Virus record (IMG/VR): IMGVR_UViG_3300009155_000060
Direction: 5' to 3' (one strand)
Source: an uncultured virus (IMG/VR IMGVR_UViG_3300009155_000060)
Taxonomy: Duplodnaviria; Heunggongvirae; Uroviricota; Caudoviricetes
Length of the DNA stretch: 64,000 bases
Both the position numbers and the translations under genes were made by a program. Below the pieces are notes generated by a model, which searched no databases, was not told the DNA's origin, and saw only the letters and a program-made list of their open reading frames with translations. Of this stretch, positions 11,001 through 19,020 are shown one piece after another (the first letter of the stretch is position 1; every line of letters starts with the position of its first letter).

Positions 11001-13663
11001 CTACTCTTACTAACTATATCGTTCGTGGAATAGCAGTACCTACTACATATCAGACCACTGTAAAACAGATTACTAGTTCTACAACAGCTACTTCTATTGA
11101 AGTCGCTTCATTAGCTTTATCTATATCAACTATAACCAATATTATTTGGAATGGAACTGCTACAGTTACATGGGGACTAACTGCTATTTCTACGGCAACT
11201 ACAGTATCTGCTACCAGTTCAACAGCATTTGACCTCTTGTTAACTAACAAGACCTTTATACAGAGCGAAGTGACTGCATGGATAGACTATACTTATAACA
11301 GTAATTCTTTCAACTATAATGAAGATAAATGCTACAGAGATGTTGGATTAATCATCGATGCAGTTAGTCAAGATATACTATTAGGCGGAAATCAAAAATC
11401 AATAGAAGCAGGATTAAGCTATTGGAATCTAGGTTATAACTATGTAGCCGGCCAAGTAACGACTACTACAATGGCTATAAATTATGCTAGAGATCTAGCA
11501 CTAGAAGTTATTGCCAATAGGGCAGTTACCACATCTACAACAGTAAAATTACAGACCGGCACAGTTTCTACACAGGTAATCAACACCTTCTTCCAATACG
11601 GTGGAGACTATATGCCTCAGCAGGCAGTTTCTCGTAATTTTGGAATTATTACAGGTATTATAGCTGACGGCCCGAGTGCAACACCACCTTTATATGCTGG
11701 TGGCGGCCTATTTGCACTAACAGGTCTTAACGGATCAGATGTTAAAATTAGTCCCAAAGTGACTTCAATTACTACATTGACCACGGGTACCTTTTTAATT
11801 GGTCTTAATACCGCGACTATTGGTTTTGGTACTAATTCCACTTTATATATCGGTGATACTTTGATTTTCCCTAAATCAGATGCAGAAGTAGAGGCGTTAA
11901 GCATATCTTATACTTCTACTGCTACTACATGGAACCAAAGAAAAGTTGATCCCATTGGTTCTATGGGAGGGAGTTTAGTTGATGGTGCCGTAATCAGCGA
12001 TATTAGTCCTATTCAATCAATGGTGTACGATGCATTTACGCAGGTTAACCAAGGCGGAAAAGGTGTTCATATTACCAATAATGGATATGCACAGCTGGTT
12101 TCGGTCTTTACTATTTTTTGTTCTATAGCAGTATTAGTAGAAAATGGTGGTATTGCATCTATTGTTAACAGTAATGCTAACTTTGGAGATTTATGTCTTG
12201 TAGCTAAAGGATTTGGATCAAGGTCATTTAGTGGAACTGTTTTTAATCCACCTAATCGAGCATACCCATTTAGCCCGGTAGGAGTACCTGGTAGTCAAGA
12301 ATTGGACCCATATTATCCAAATGGGTTCTGGCCAAATAGAGGAACTGTAGAGATATTTCTACCAGATACTGCAGATAGACCACATATTGGACAGGTAATG
12401 GAAATCATACCACCAGATGGTTATATAAATGAACAAAATTTCTCAGGATTCTTAAATGCACAACCTAGTACAGGAACATTAACTACTTCGACTTTAATTT
12501 TGGTAGACATTGATACCACTGATGTTTATATTGGTAACACCGTTTATATTAGAGATCAATATGGAAGGCAGTATGACGATACCGGAAAATGGTACGCTGC
12601 AACTGGAACTATCGTAACAAATGTTAATTATAATGCTATCAGTTTAAATCTAGCATTAACTAGCGGCGGCGGGGAAGCAGATAATCCAACTTATTTCACA
12701 TTGTATTTCTGTGGAAATAGTTACTATACGGTGCAATCAAGTGTCACCGCTAATCAACCTTTCGCTCCTAATACAAATATTCTAGCAGCTAACACTAACC
12801 CTAGTTATCAAGGCCCTAGTGTTAGTCAAATAACCAACCATTATGCTAGTATGATATATCTAAATTCTTTGACTAATCAAGTTATCAATAACACCACTGC
12901 CACTAGATATATGGTAACTTCTACTCAGGTTACACTACCGCTGGTTACAGGAGGATCAGGAGCCACAACCTTCATTAATCAAAGATTTGGTTATATAGAA
13001 AACATATTAACAGCAACTAATATCGCAGCAGCATACACTATTGTTCCGTCTAGTGCCATAAAGAAAACTGGAACAATAGTTTCAGGTGCAGGTAGTGCAG
13101 TGACTCTACTTACAGCTAACATAAATTTCTTGGCTGCTGAAGTTGCTGCATTTGTAACAGCTACTTATCCATCATTAGTTTATAACACTGATAAATGTAA
13201 ACGAGATATAAAAATAATTGTTCAACGATTAATTTACGATCTGCAAACCGGTGGAAATTACAACAGCGTCATGACCGGATTAAGTTATTGGTCAAGAGCA
13301 GGTACGCACCATATTGTAGAACTAGGAGAAGCCGTTACAAGAACCGAACTGTTTCCAGATGGTGCTACAGCTAATTTTTATCAAAGGAGCTATATTAGTG
13401 CCAGCGGATATGTATTTGAATATGTTGGAGCAGGGACAAACTATGGAGCATTACCTCAAAGAGGAATAGCAGATCCTGTTCAAGGTAAAGAAACTGTTCA
13501 GTTAAATAGTGGTAAGGTGTTCTTTACATCAACTGATCAAAATGGAGATTTTAGAATCGGCCGAGGGCTGGTAATTAGTCAGGCAACTGGAGTTCTAAGT
13601 GGTAGAACATTTACACAAAGTCTATTTGCTAATATGACACCATTTATTTTAGCAATTGAATAA
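8051..13663 (+). CDS. Large tailspike/fibre-like protein: pectate-lyase-like beta-helix interrupted by helical KCxRD repeats
   Basis: Beta-helix cap LYVTVDGDDTNDG...RTIGGAI...AGLYLEDNPL; DAFTQVNQGGKGVHITNNGYAQLVS; five RD(V/I)G..D...GGN repeats; C-terminal TSTDQNGDFRIG. Confidence 0.75.
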   Translation: MATNVLNLPGDYQIKASNGSILAVAGADITNQAGANILNQAAANITNRAAAEVGVIAGTNIKNQAAGYILFNAPETRLGLNNSQDIAANGRFITDLIAKTDNAYDLGSTGVQWRKLHIEQGKFYSGQNVGNNYNITGADQPAFDWPDQGQHYSTTAQRELASVYMTGGVGIEKDLAVGGFIYGRISEALTATTSTQLLVLPNNDDNFYYPTFIKTPGRGQVLLDDTGINGGLTYNPSQGKLIIDRGLVGASDQSTSTTTGALVVGGGVGIGGNAYIGGSVLPSVASTSTIGQQDLEWASGYVNNLYSKFIGSTASSLTLAPGAKMTDIFGDIRVRGTNPIGTAPVVTNTLYVTVDGDDTNDGRAMDASRACRTIGGAINSPYYQPGTQILVSAGLYLEDNPLQLKPYTSVRGSDIRTTFIEPINKTQDLFHLDSGCYLNYMTFLNGRSGLLDGDYASGFNRGAYATAFPTLSGTDRINLYHSPYTQNCTNQSGPWLRDGTMFVPNQTVQVPAAVGTGTWAANTTSIIITVSTGTILRGMSINAGQQNPGFFNARTLLLANKPYLQEQVVAYINRQVTTATVGSIWYNFTYNQQKCYRDVGILVENTAYDAAFGGNEKSVESGLAYYNGVVSLIAGQESQTTAAIQYLRDRSLQVITNTTCTSTTSTGVVNKQVINWVLTGGSISTASIRSLYGIVTATIASPSNSPAVYKSTGPDAAFVSAEILMQANRTFIQENTLNYINNNLCFPPKNLKYNKVKCYRDVGLIVDSIALDMLYPTAGHSQSTFAGLQYFNQSSYVSLVNTQITTTTAAISYLKDLAIKIIQNITPADDLIPRFTATTQITNLEPASADEVVGITEKFNTILDILGGDYLGWSDRIVSNGQSSNLFGVRNALALLRANKENGYFGDEVVAYVNSQYPAFFTSYSAIAFKRDIGYIIDSVAFDLSHGGNRQSVQSGLSYYNYSATRNIRDSERAATTASFAYIATLTNYIVRGIAVPTTYQTTVKQITSSTTATSIEVASLALSISTITNIIWNGTATVTWGLTAISTATTVSATSSTAFDLLLTNKTFIQSEVTAWIDYTYNSNSFNYNEDKCYRDVGLIIDAVSQDILLGGNQKSIEAGLSYWNLGYNYVAGQVTTTTMAINYARDLALEVIANRAVTTSTTVKLQTGTVSTQVINTFFQYGGDYMPQQAVSRNFGIITGIIADGPSATPPLYAGGGLFALTGLNGSDVKISPKVTSITTLTTGTFLIGLNTATIGFGTNSTLYIGDTLIFPKSDAEVEALSISYTSTATTWNQRKVDPIGSMGGSLVDGAVISDISPIQSMVYDAFTQVNQGGKGVHITNNGYAQLVSVFTIFCSIAVLVENGGIASIVNSNANFGDLCLVAKGFGSRSFSGTVFNPPNRAYPFSPVGVPGSQELDPYYPNGFWPNRGTVEIFLPDTADRPHIGQVMEIIPPDGYINEQNFSGFLNAQPSTGTLTTSTLILVDIDTTDVYIGNTVYIRDQYGRQYDDTGKWYAATGTIVTNVNYNAISLNLALTSGGGEADNPTYFTLYFCGNSYYTVQSSVTANQPFAPNTNILAANTNPSYQGPSVSQITNHYASMIYLNSLTNQVINNTTATRYMVTSTQVTLPLVTGGSGATTFINQRFGYIENILTATNIAAAYTIVPSSAIKKTGTIVSGAGSAVTLLTANINFLAAEVAAFVTATYPSLVYNTDKCKRDIKIIVQRLIYDLQTGGNYNSVMTGLSYWSRAGTHHIVELGEAVTRTELFPDGATANFYQRSYISASGYVFEYVGAGTNYGALPQRGIADPVQGKETVQLNSGKVFFTSTDQNGDFRIGRGLVISQATGVLSGRTFTQSLFANMTPFILAIE

Positions 13664-13683
13664 CAAGGATAAGGATTTAAAAA

Positions 13684-14094
13684 ATGGCACAGCTACCATT
13701 AAATACGTTTAAAACTAAGACAACATTACTAACGTCGTCAACTACCTACACAAATTATGCAAATACCGGTACGTCTACGGTATACACTGCTCCCATTGGT
13801 GTAACAGCAATTGTGCTGATGGCTCAGGTCAGTAATTTGACAACAATAACACAATCTGTAAGTTTTATACATCACAGAAATAGACCTGTGTTAGCTGATG
13901 CACAAGGAAATGGATATCAAGCACCTAATACGGATAGCTTTTTAGTTAAGAATTTTGCTATTCCTACCAGTGATGCTGGTACTCCACTAACCGGCAAAAT
14001 GATTCTAGAAAGCCTTGATAGTATTCGAGCATATAGTAATTCGTCAGGCACCGTTCAATTAGTATTGAGCATACTTGAAACAGCTAATAATTAA
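13684..14094 (+). CDS. Small virion/fibre-associated protein
   Basis: 136 aa, VYTAPIGVTAIVLMAQVSN beta-sandwich type; lies in the fibre cluster. Confidence 0.65.
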   Translation: MAQLPLNTFKTKTTLLTSSTTYTNYANTGTSTVYTAPIGVTAIVLMAQVSNLTTITQSVSFIHHRNRPVLADAQGNGYQAPNTDSFLVKNFAIPTSDAGTPLTGKMILESLDSIRAYSNSSGTVQLVLSILETANN

Positions 14095-14106
14095 TAGAGA
14101 AACATA

Positions 14107-15798
14107 ATGCCATCATTACTAAGCGGATCAAAGCTAAGAAGAGGAGGAAGTGGAGATTTTATAGATCTAGCCGGTGCTCAACCACAGCTTCCTGATTCAG
14201 AAACTACTCTAACAGGGTTTACCTTAGTCACTGATCCAGTTCTGAGAACATCATATCGATCTAGCCTAGGATTTATAGAATTTAGAACCGCAACTATGTG
14301 GAGTGCGTTGCCCGGCGGCTCTATTAAGATGTTGGCTACGGGAACTACATTCCTATCTACAGGCACAGCTTCTGGGACATTAGTTGTTACAGGCGGTGTA
14401 GGCATTGGTGGAAATCTGTATGTCAAAGAAGATATCGTAGTCAATGGGTTAACTATCGGCCAAGGCTATCAAGGCCTTAACAATATTGTAATTAGAGGAA
14501 CTGCAACTACACAGGTTAACAGTTTTGAAAATGGTCAAGAAAGCATTGTTATAGGGTATGATGCACTAAAAGGACTGACTACTTCTTATAAGAGTATTGC
14601 TATAGGACGGTATGCACTGAATTCAGGAACCAATATTTCTAATTCTATTGCAATTGGAGACAGTGCATTGAAACTGATAGGGACCAACAATAGTCCTATT
14701 TTATCTACAATTACCAACATAACCATAATTTCTTCCTCAACAATTTCCAGTGCAACTAATACCGTTCCTATAGTATTGACTATTACCGGTCACGGATTGA
14801 ATACAGGCAGTCAAATATTAATTTCTAATGTTGTTGGTTTAAGCACAATTACCAACGGGGTTAGTGTATTAAATAACACGCCTTTTTGGGTCAATTGGAT
14901 AACCAACAACGCCGTAGCATTATATACCAATAAAAGCAGAACTAATCCTGCGAATGGGTATACCGCAACTGTGGGAGTTAGTACCATAGTGACACTGACC
15001 GCGTATGTAGGCAGCGGAACAGTTATTACTCCGGTAATATTAACTTCACCTAATCATAAGATCACAACTGGTACGCAAATCTATGTTGATGGAATAGTTG
15101 GCACCACTCAGCTAAATCAACGCGACTATTATGTAGATTTCATAACCTCTAGCACTATATCTTTATTTTCTGATAGTATAGTAAAAACCCCTATAAATGG
15201 TACAGGCTATACTGCCTATTCCAGCAGCGGTACCATTTTTGGATATGTTACCAATGATGGAAATATTGCAATAGGCATTGATGTTGCTTCTAAATTAACT
15301 AATGGATCTAATAATTTCTTTCTTGGGAATACATTAGCTACAAATCTAGTTACTGGTTCTAATAATACTATTATAGGACATAGCGTAGGTAACAACATTA
15401 CTCAAGCCAATGGCATAATTGCATTCGGTGGTGATAATCTAGTGGATGGTGTAGATAATCAGGTCAATATAGGTAGCGTATTTTACTATGATGGTAGAGG
15501 TAACACTGACATTAACTCTGATACAAGAACAGGACTAGGAACTGATTCAACTAGCACAAATTCAGGAGCACTGGTAGTTGTAGGTGGTCTGGGAATTGCA
15601 GGCAAGGTCTATAGTGGTGGTAGTGGCAATCCAGACGAAGATTATGAGTTATATACACCAATTGTCACAGTAACTACTGGGACCGCTCCAACTAATTCTA
15701 GGATTGGTGATATATGGATTGACGCAAGTGTTCCTGCATATCTACAGTATATCAAAGACGGGACCAGTACTTTTTGGATACAAGTAGGTGCAGTCTAA
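14107..15798 (+). CDS. Tail fibre-like protein
   Basis: GxLVVxGGVGIGG shaft motifs, IAIGxxAL YadA-head-like repeats and two 'HGL/HKI..G.QI' beta-barrel modules. Confidence 0.7.
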   Translation: MPSLLSGSKLRRGGSGDFIDLAGAQPQLPDSETTLTGFTLVTDPVLRTSYRSSLGFIEFRTATMWSALPGGSIKMLATGTTFLSTGTASGTLVVTGGVGIGGNLYVKEDIVVNGLTIGQGYQGLNNIVIRGTATTQVNSFENGQESIVIGYDALKGLTTSYKSIAIGRYALNSGTNISNSIAIGDSALKLIGTNNSPILSTITNITIISSSTISSATNTVPIVLTITGHGLNTGSQILISNVVGLSTITNGVSVLNNTPFWVNWITNNAVALYTNKSRTNPANGYTATVGVSTIVTLTAYVGSGTVITPVILTSPNHKITTGTQIYVDGIVGTTQLNQRDYYVDFITSSTISLFSDSIVKTPINGTGYTAYSSSGTIFGYVTNDGNIAIGIDVASKLTNGSNNFFLGNTLATNLVTGSNNTIIGHSVGNNITQANGIIAFGGDNLVDGVDNQVNIGSVFYYDGRGNTDINSDTRTGLGTDSTSTNSGALVVVGGLGIAGKVYSGGSGNPDEDYELYTPIVTVTTGTAPTNSRIGDIWIDASVPAYLQYIKDGTSTFWIQVGAV

Positions 15799-15819
15799 TA
15801 ATAAAATGAGAATAATAAA

Positions 15820-16854
15820 ATGGGATTACTAAATTTTCCGCCAAATCCTGGTATCGGTGATATTGCGACCATAGGTCAAAAAACCTATTCATGGAATGGA
15901 CGAGCATGGGTTGTAGCAGCAAGTTCTGCCACATTTACCAGTCTTGTGGCTTCCACTATTAGAGTGACCAGCAGTACAAATGCAATATCGACAACTACAG
16001 GAGCCCTACAGGTTGTAGGAGGTGCGTCGATAGGAGGTAATCTATATGTTCAAGGTAGCATTATTGGTATAAGCACCGGAACTGGCGGCGGGGGAGGTAC
16101 CCTTAGTGCCGGAACTGCTACATTTACTAAACTTATAGTAAACGGAGGAGTGCAGGCAAACAGTACCACAACGGGTGATGTTGTCATTTCAGGTGGTCTT
16201 GGTGTAGGTGGCAATATATGGATAGGGGGAATTTTATATTCTGCAGGAGCTCCAGTTTTAACAACAGCCAGCTTTAATCAAACAGTTACGGACGGTATTG
16301 ACATTGATATTGTTGATGTCGGAGGCGGAGTTTTACAGTTTAATAATATTTCTACCTTGCAAACAGTAACTGGTCGTGGTGCTACTACTACCAATGTGAT
16401 ATTTTTGACCAATACAGCAACTTCTACCTCTACTACTACAGGAGCCTTAATAGTCTCAGGAGGGGTTGGAGTTGGTGGAAGAATAAACTCCGAATCTCTC
16501 AAAATTGCAGACACTGTTTTTGATTCCACTGTCCAAACAATAAATAATATTGCTTGGACAACTATAGACGAATATTCTTTTAATCAATTTAGGACAGCCA
16601 AATATCTGATTCAAATTGACGAAGGAACAACATCTACAGCTAGATCTCAGGTTACTGAGTTATTGACATTGGCCACAAACAGCGGAACAGTATACATTAC
16701 AGAATACGGAAATATAATGCCATACGGAGATTTAGGAAATTTTGATGCAAATATTGTCAATGCTGGCAGTGATATCTTGGTAAGATTGTATTTTATGGCC
16801 ACAGATACTGTTCCAAAAACAGTTAAGGTGTTAAGAACGGCCATGGCCAAATAG
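15820..16854 (+). CDS. Tail fibre-like protein
   Basis: N-terminal LNFPPNP..G...YSWNGRAW motif; three STTTGAL..GGVG repeats; C-terminal FRTAKYLIQI...TEYG domain. Confidence 0.7.
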   Translation: MGLLNFPPNPGIGDIATIGQKTYSWNGRAWVVAASSATFTSLVASTIRVTSSTNAISTTTGALQVVGGASIGGNLYVQGSIIGISTGTGGGGGTLSAGTATFTKLIVNGGVQANSTTTGDVVISGGLGVGGNIWIGGILYSAGAPVLTTASFNQTVTDGIDIDIVDVGGGVLQFNNISTLQTVTGRGATTTNVIFLTNTATSTSTTTGALIVSGGVGVGGRINSESLKIADTVFDSTVQTINNIAWTTIDEYSFNQFRTAKYLIQIDEGTTSTARSQVTELLTLATNSGTVYITEYGNIMPYGDLGNFDANIVNAGSDILVRLYFMATDTVPKTVKVLRTAMAK

Positions 16855-16864
16855 GGAGATTTGA

Positions 16865-18937
16865 ATGCCTATATTCTCAGTAAGTAAAGACTTTGTAACA
16901 AAAAACGGTATTATCACTGAGGGTACATCTGACGCAACCAGCTCCACTGGACAAACTAATATTATTCAATCTGGTGGTGGTATTGCTGCTGCCAGAAATA
17001 TTGTTGTAGGATCCAGTGCCACTATATACGGGTCGCTAACAGTTTATTCAGCATCGACATTAACCGATGTAAAAGTAACAACAATTACTGCAACTAGCAC
17101 TTCGTCTTTTGTCGACCTCAATGTTAGAAATATTATTGCATCTGGGTCAGTTAGTGGTACTATTACTGGGAATATTAATACTGCTACAAATTTAGCCAAT
17201 GGCTCACAGGGACAGGTTGTTTATCAAAGCGGAGTAGGTGCAACAGCATTTGCTAATAGCGGTACAACCGGACAATTCCTACAGGCAACTACCAACGGTG
17301 CACCAGTATTCACCAGTACTGGCAGCATGTATGTAGGTAATTCTGTTAACTCTCAAAACATTCTCGGTGGATCAACCGGATCTATTGCAATTCAAAGTGT
17401 AGCAAATTCTACGGCATTTATTCCATTAGGCACAGTAGGGTATGTATTAGCTGTTGCTAGTGCTACTACAGCAAGTTGGCAAAGTCTATCTAGTCTAAGT
17501 GCAGGCAGCTCAGTAACTGCTACAAACATTGCCAACGGCGGTCCAGGCCAAATTCCTTATCAATCAGGGTTTGGGCAAACAGGTTTTATCAGCACTGGCT
17601 CTACAGGTACCGTATTAGTTAGTAACTGGACAGGCAGTCCTATATGGCAAAATACACTGACATTGGCTGGTACAACCGCTGCTACATCAACACAATCGGG
17701 TGCTTTACAGGTAGTAGGCGGTATTGGTGTAGGCGGTAACTTATACCTTGGCGGACAACTGACTGTCAGCAACACACAGGCTAATACCGGAACTAATACA
17801 TCGAATGCTCTTTATATAGCAGGTGGTGCGTATATTGACAAGTCTCTAGTAGTTGGGCAAGAAACACTGTTTAAAGGACCAGTTACCTTTAGTGGCAGTG
17901 CTACTTATGTGTTAAGTACTAATACTTTCTATACAGATAATCTGTTGGAAATACATACACCTCCAGGGGGAGTATACAGTCAATGGTTAACCGACGATGG
18001 CAAAGACATCGGTCTTAGATTTCATTATTATACTGCCGGCACAAGTACCAATGCGGCACTGATACTAGATAACAGTACCAAAGAACTGCATTGGTATAGT
18101 GCAGGAGCAGAAAGTGCTGTAGGTGATTTCAGTAGCTCTACCTATGGAACATTTAGAACAGGTGCAATACGGCTAAATGGCAACAATGCCAATACCGGTA
18201 ATACTAATACAGGTGATCTACAGGTCTTGGGCGGTGTCGGAGTAGGTGGCAGTGTATTTGTTGCTGGTGTTGTCACCGCTACATCTTTTACTGGTTCTTT
18301 AACAGGTAGTGCTACATCTGCAACTAACATAATTGGCGGCAACTCTGGACAAATTGTTTATCAATCAGCTCCTAATACAACCAGCTTTGTCGGCAGCGGA
18401 ACTACCGGCACAGTATTAGTAGCTAACTATAGTGGATCTCCTACTTGGCAAAATACCCTGACACTAGCAGGTACAACTGCTGCTACATCAACTCAATCGG
18501 GGGCTCTACAGGTAGCAGGCGGTGCTGGCATCGGCGGTAATTTATATGCCAGTGGATTTATCAGTGCTGGTTCTACTGCTAGTAATTCTGTTGTTACAGC
18601 ATTTGTCAGCAATAATAGTGCCTACACATCATATACCAGTAATGTTATCACCAACGGTATACAGGTAATCTTAGATACATTCAGCACGTCGACCTATAGA
18701 ACTGCCAAATATACTGTACAAATTGTAGACGGAGCCAGTATTCATGCTCAGGAAATTTTATTGTTTCATAACGGAAGCACTGTTTACAAAACTGAATATG
18801 CGGTAGTATACAACAATACTGAATTAGGGTCATTTGATGCTGATGTGTCGGGAGGACTGGCTAGACTACTGTTTACGGCTTCCCCCACTCCAACGGCATT
18901 AACGGTTAAAATGGTTAGAATCGGACTGACATTGTAA
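16865..18937 (+). CDS. Tail fibre-like protein with an internal duplication
   Basis: KDFVTKNG N-terminus; GQIPYQS and STQSGALQV repeats; C-terminal YRTAKYTVQI...TEYA domain paralogous to the previous gene. Confidence 0.7.
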   Translation: MPIFSVSKDFVTKNGIITEGTSDATSSTGQTNIIQSGGGIAAARNIVVGSSATIYGSLTVYSASTLTDVKVTTITATSTSSFVDLNVRNIIASGSVSGTITGNINTATNLANGSQGQVVYQSGVGATAFANSGTTGQFLQATTNGAPVFTSTGSMYVGNSVNSQNILGGSTGSIAIQSVANSTAFIPLGTVGYVLAVASATTASWQSLSSLSAGSSVTATNIANGGPGQIPYQSGFGQTGFISTGSTGTVLVSNWTGSPIWQNTLTLAGTTAATSTQSGALQVVGGIGVGGNLYLGGQLTVSNTQANTGTNTSNALYIAGGAYIDKSLVVGQETLFKGPVTFSGSATYVLSTNTFYTDNLLEIHTPPGGVYSQWLTDDGKDIGLRFHYYTAGTSTNAALILDNSTKELHWYSAGAESAVGDFSSSTYGTFRTGAIRLNGNNANTGNTNTGDLQVLGGVGVGGSVFVAGVVTATSFTGSLTGSATSATNIIGGNSGQIVYQSAPNTTSFVGSGTTGTVLVANYSGSPTWQNTLTLAGTTAATSTQSGALQVAGGAGIGGNLYASGFISAGSTASNSVVTAFVSNNSAYTSYTSNVITNGIQVILDTFSTSTYRTAKYTVQIVDGASIHAQEILLFHNGSTVYKTEYAVVYNNTELGSFDADVSGGLARLLFTASPTPTALTVKMVRIGLTL

Positions 18938-19020
18938 TAAAAGGTAGCCAGAGTCATCGAAACTAGGCTATCCTTACAATAAATACCAGCTAACAAGCCA
19001 ATTGGTGGAAAGGGAAACTA

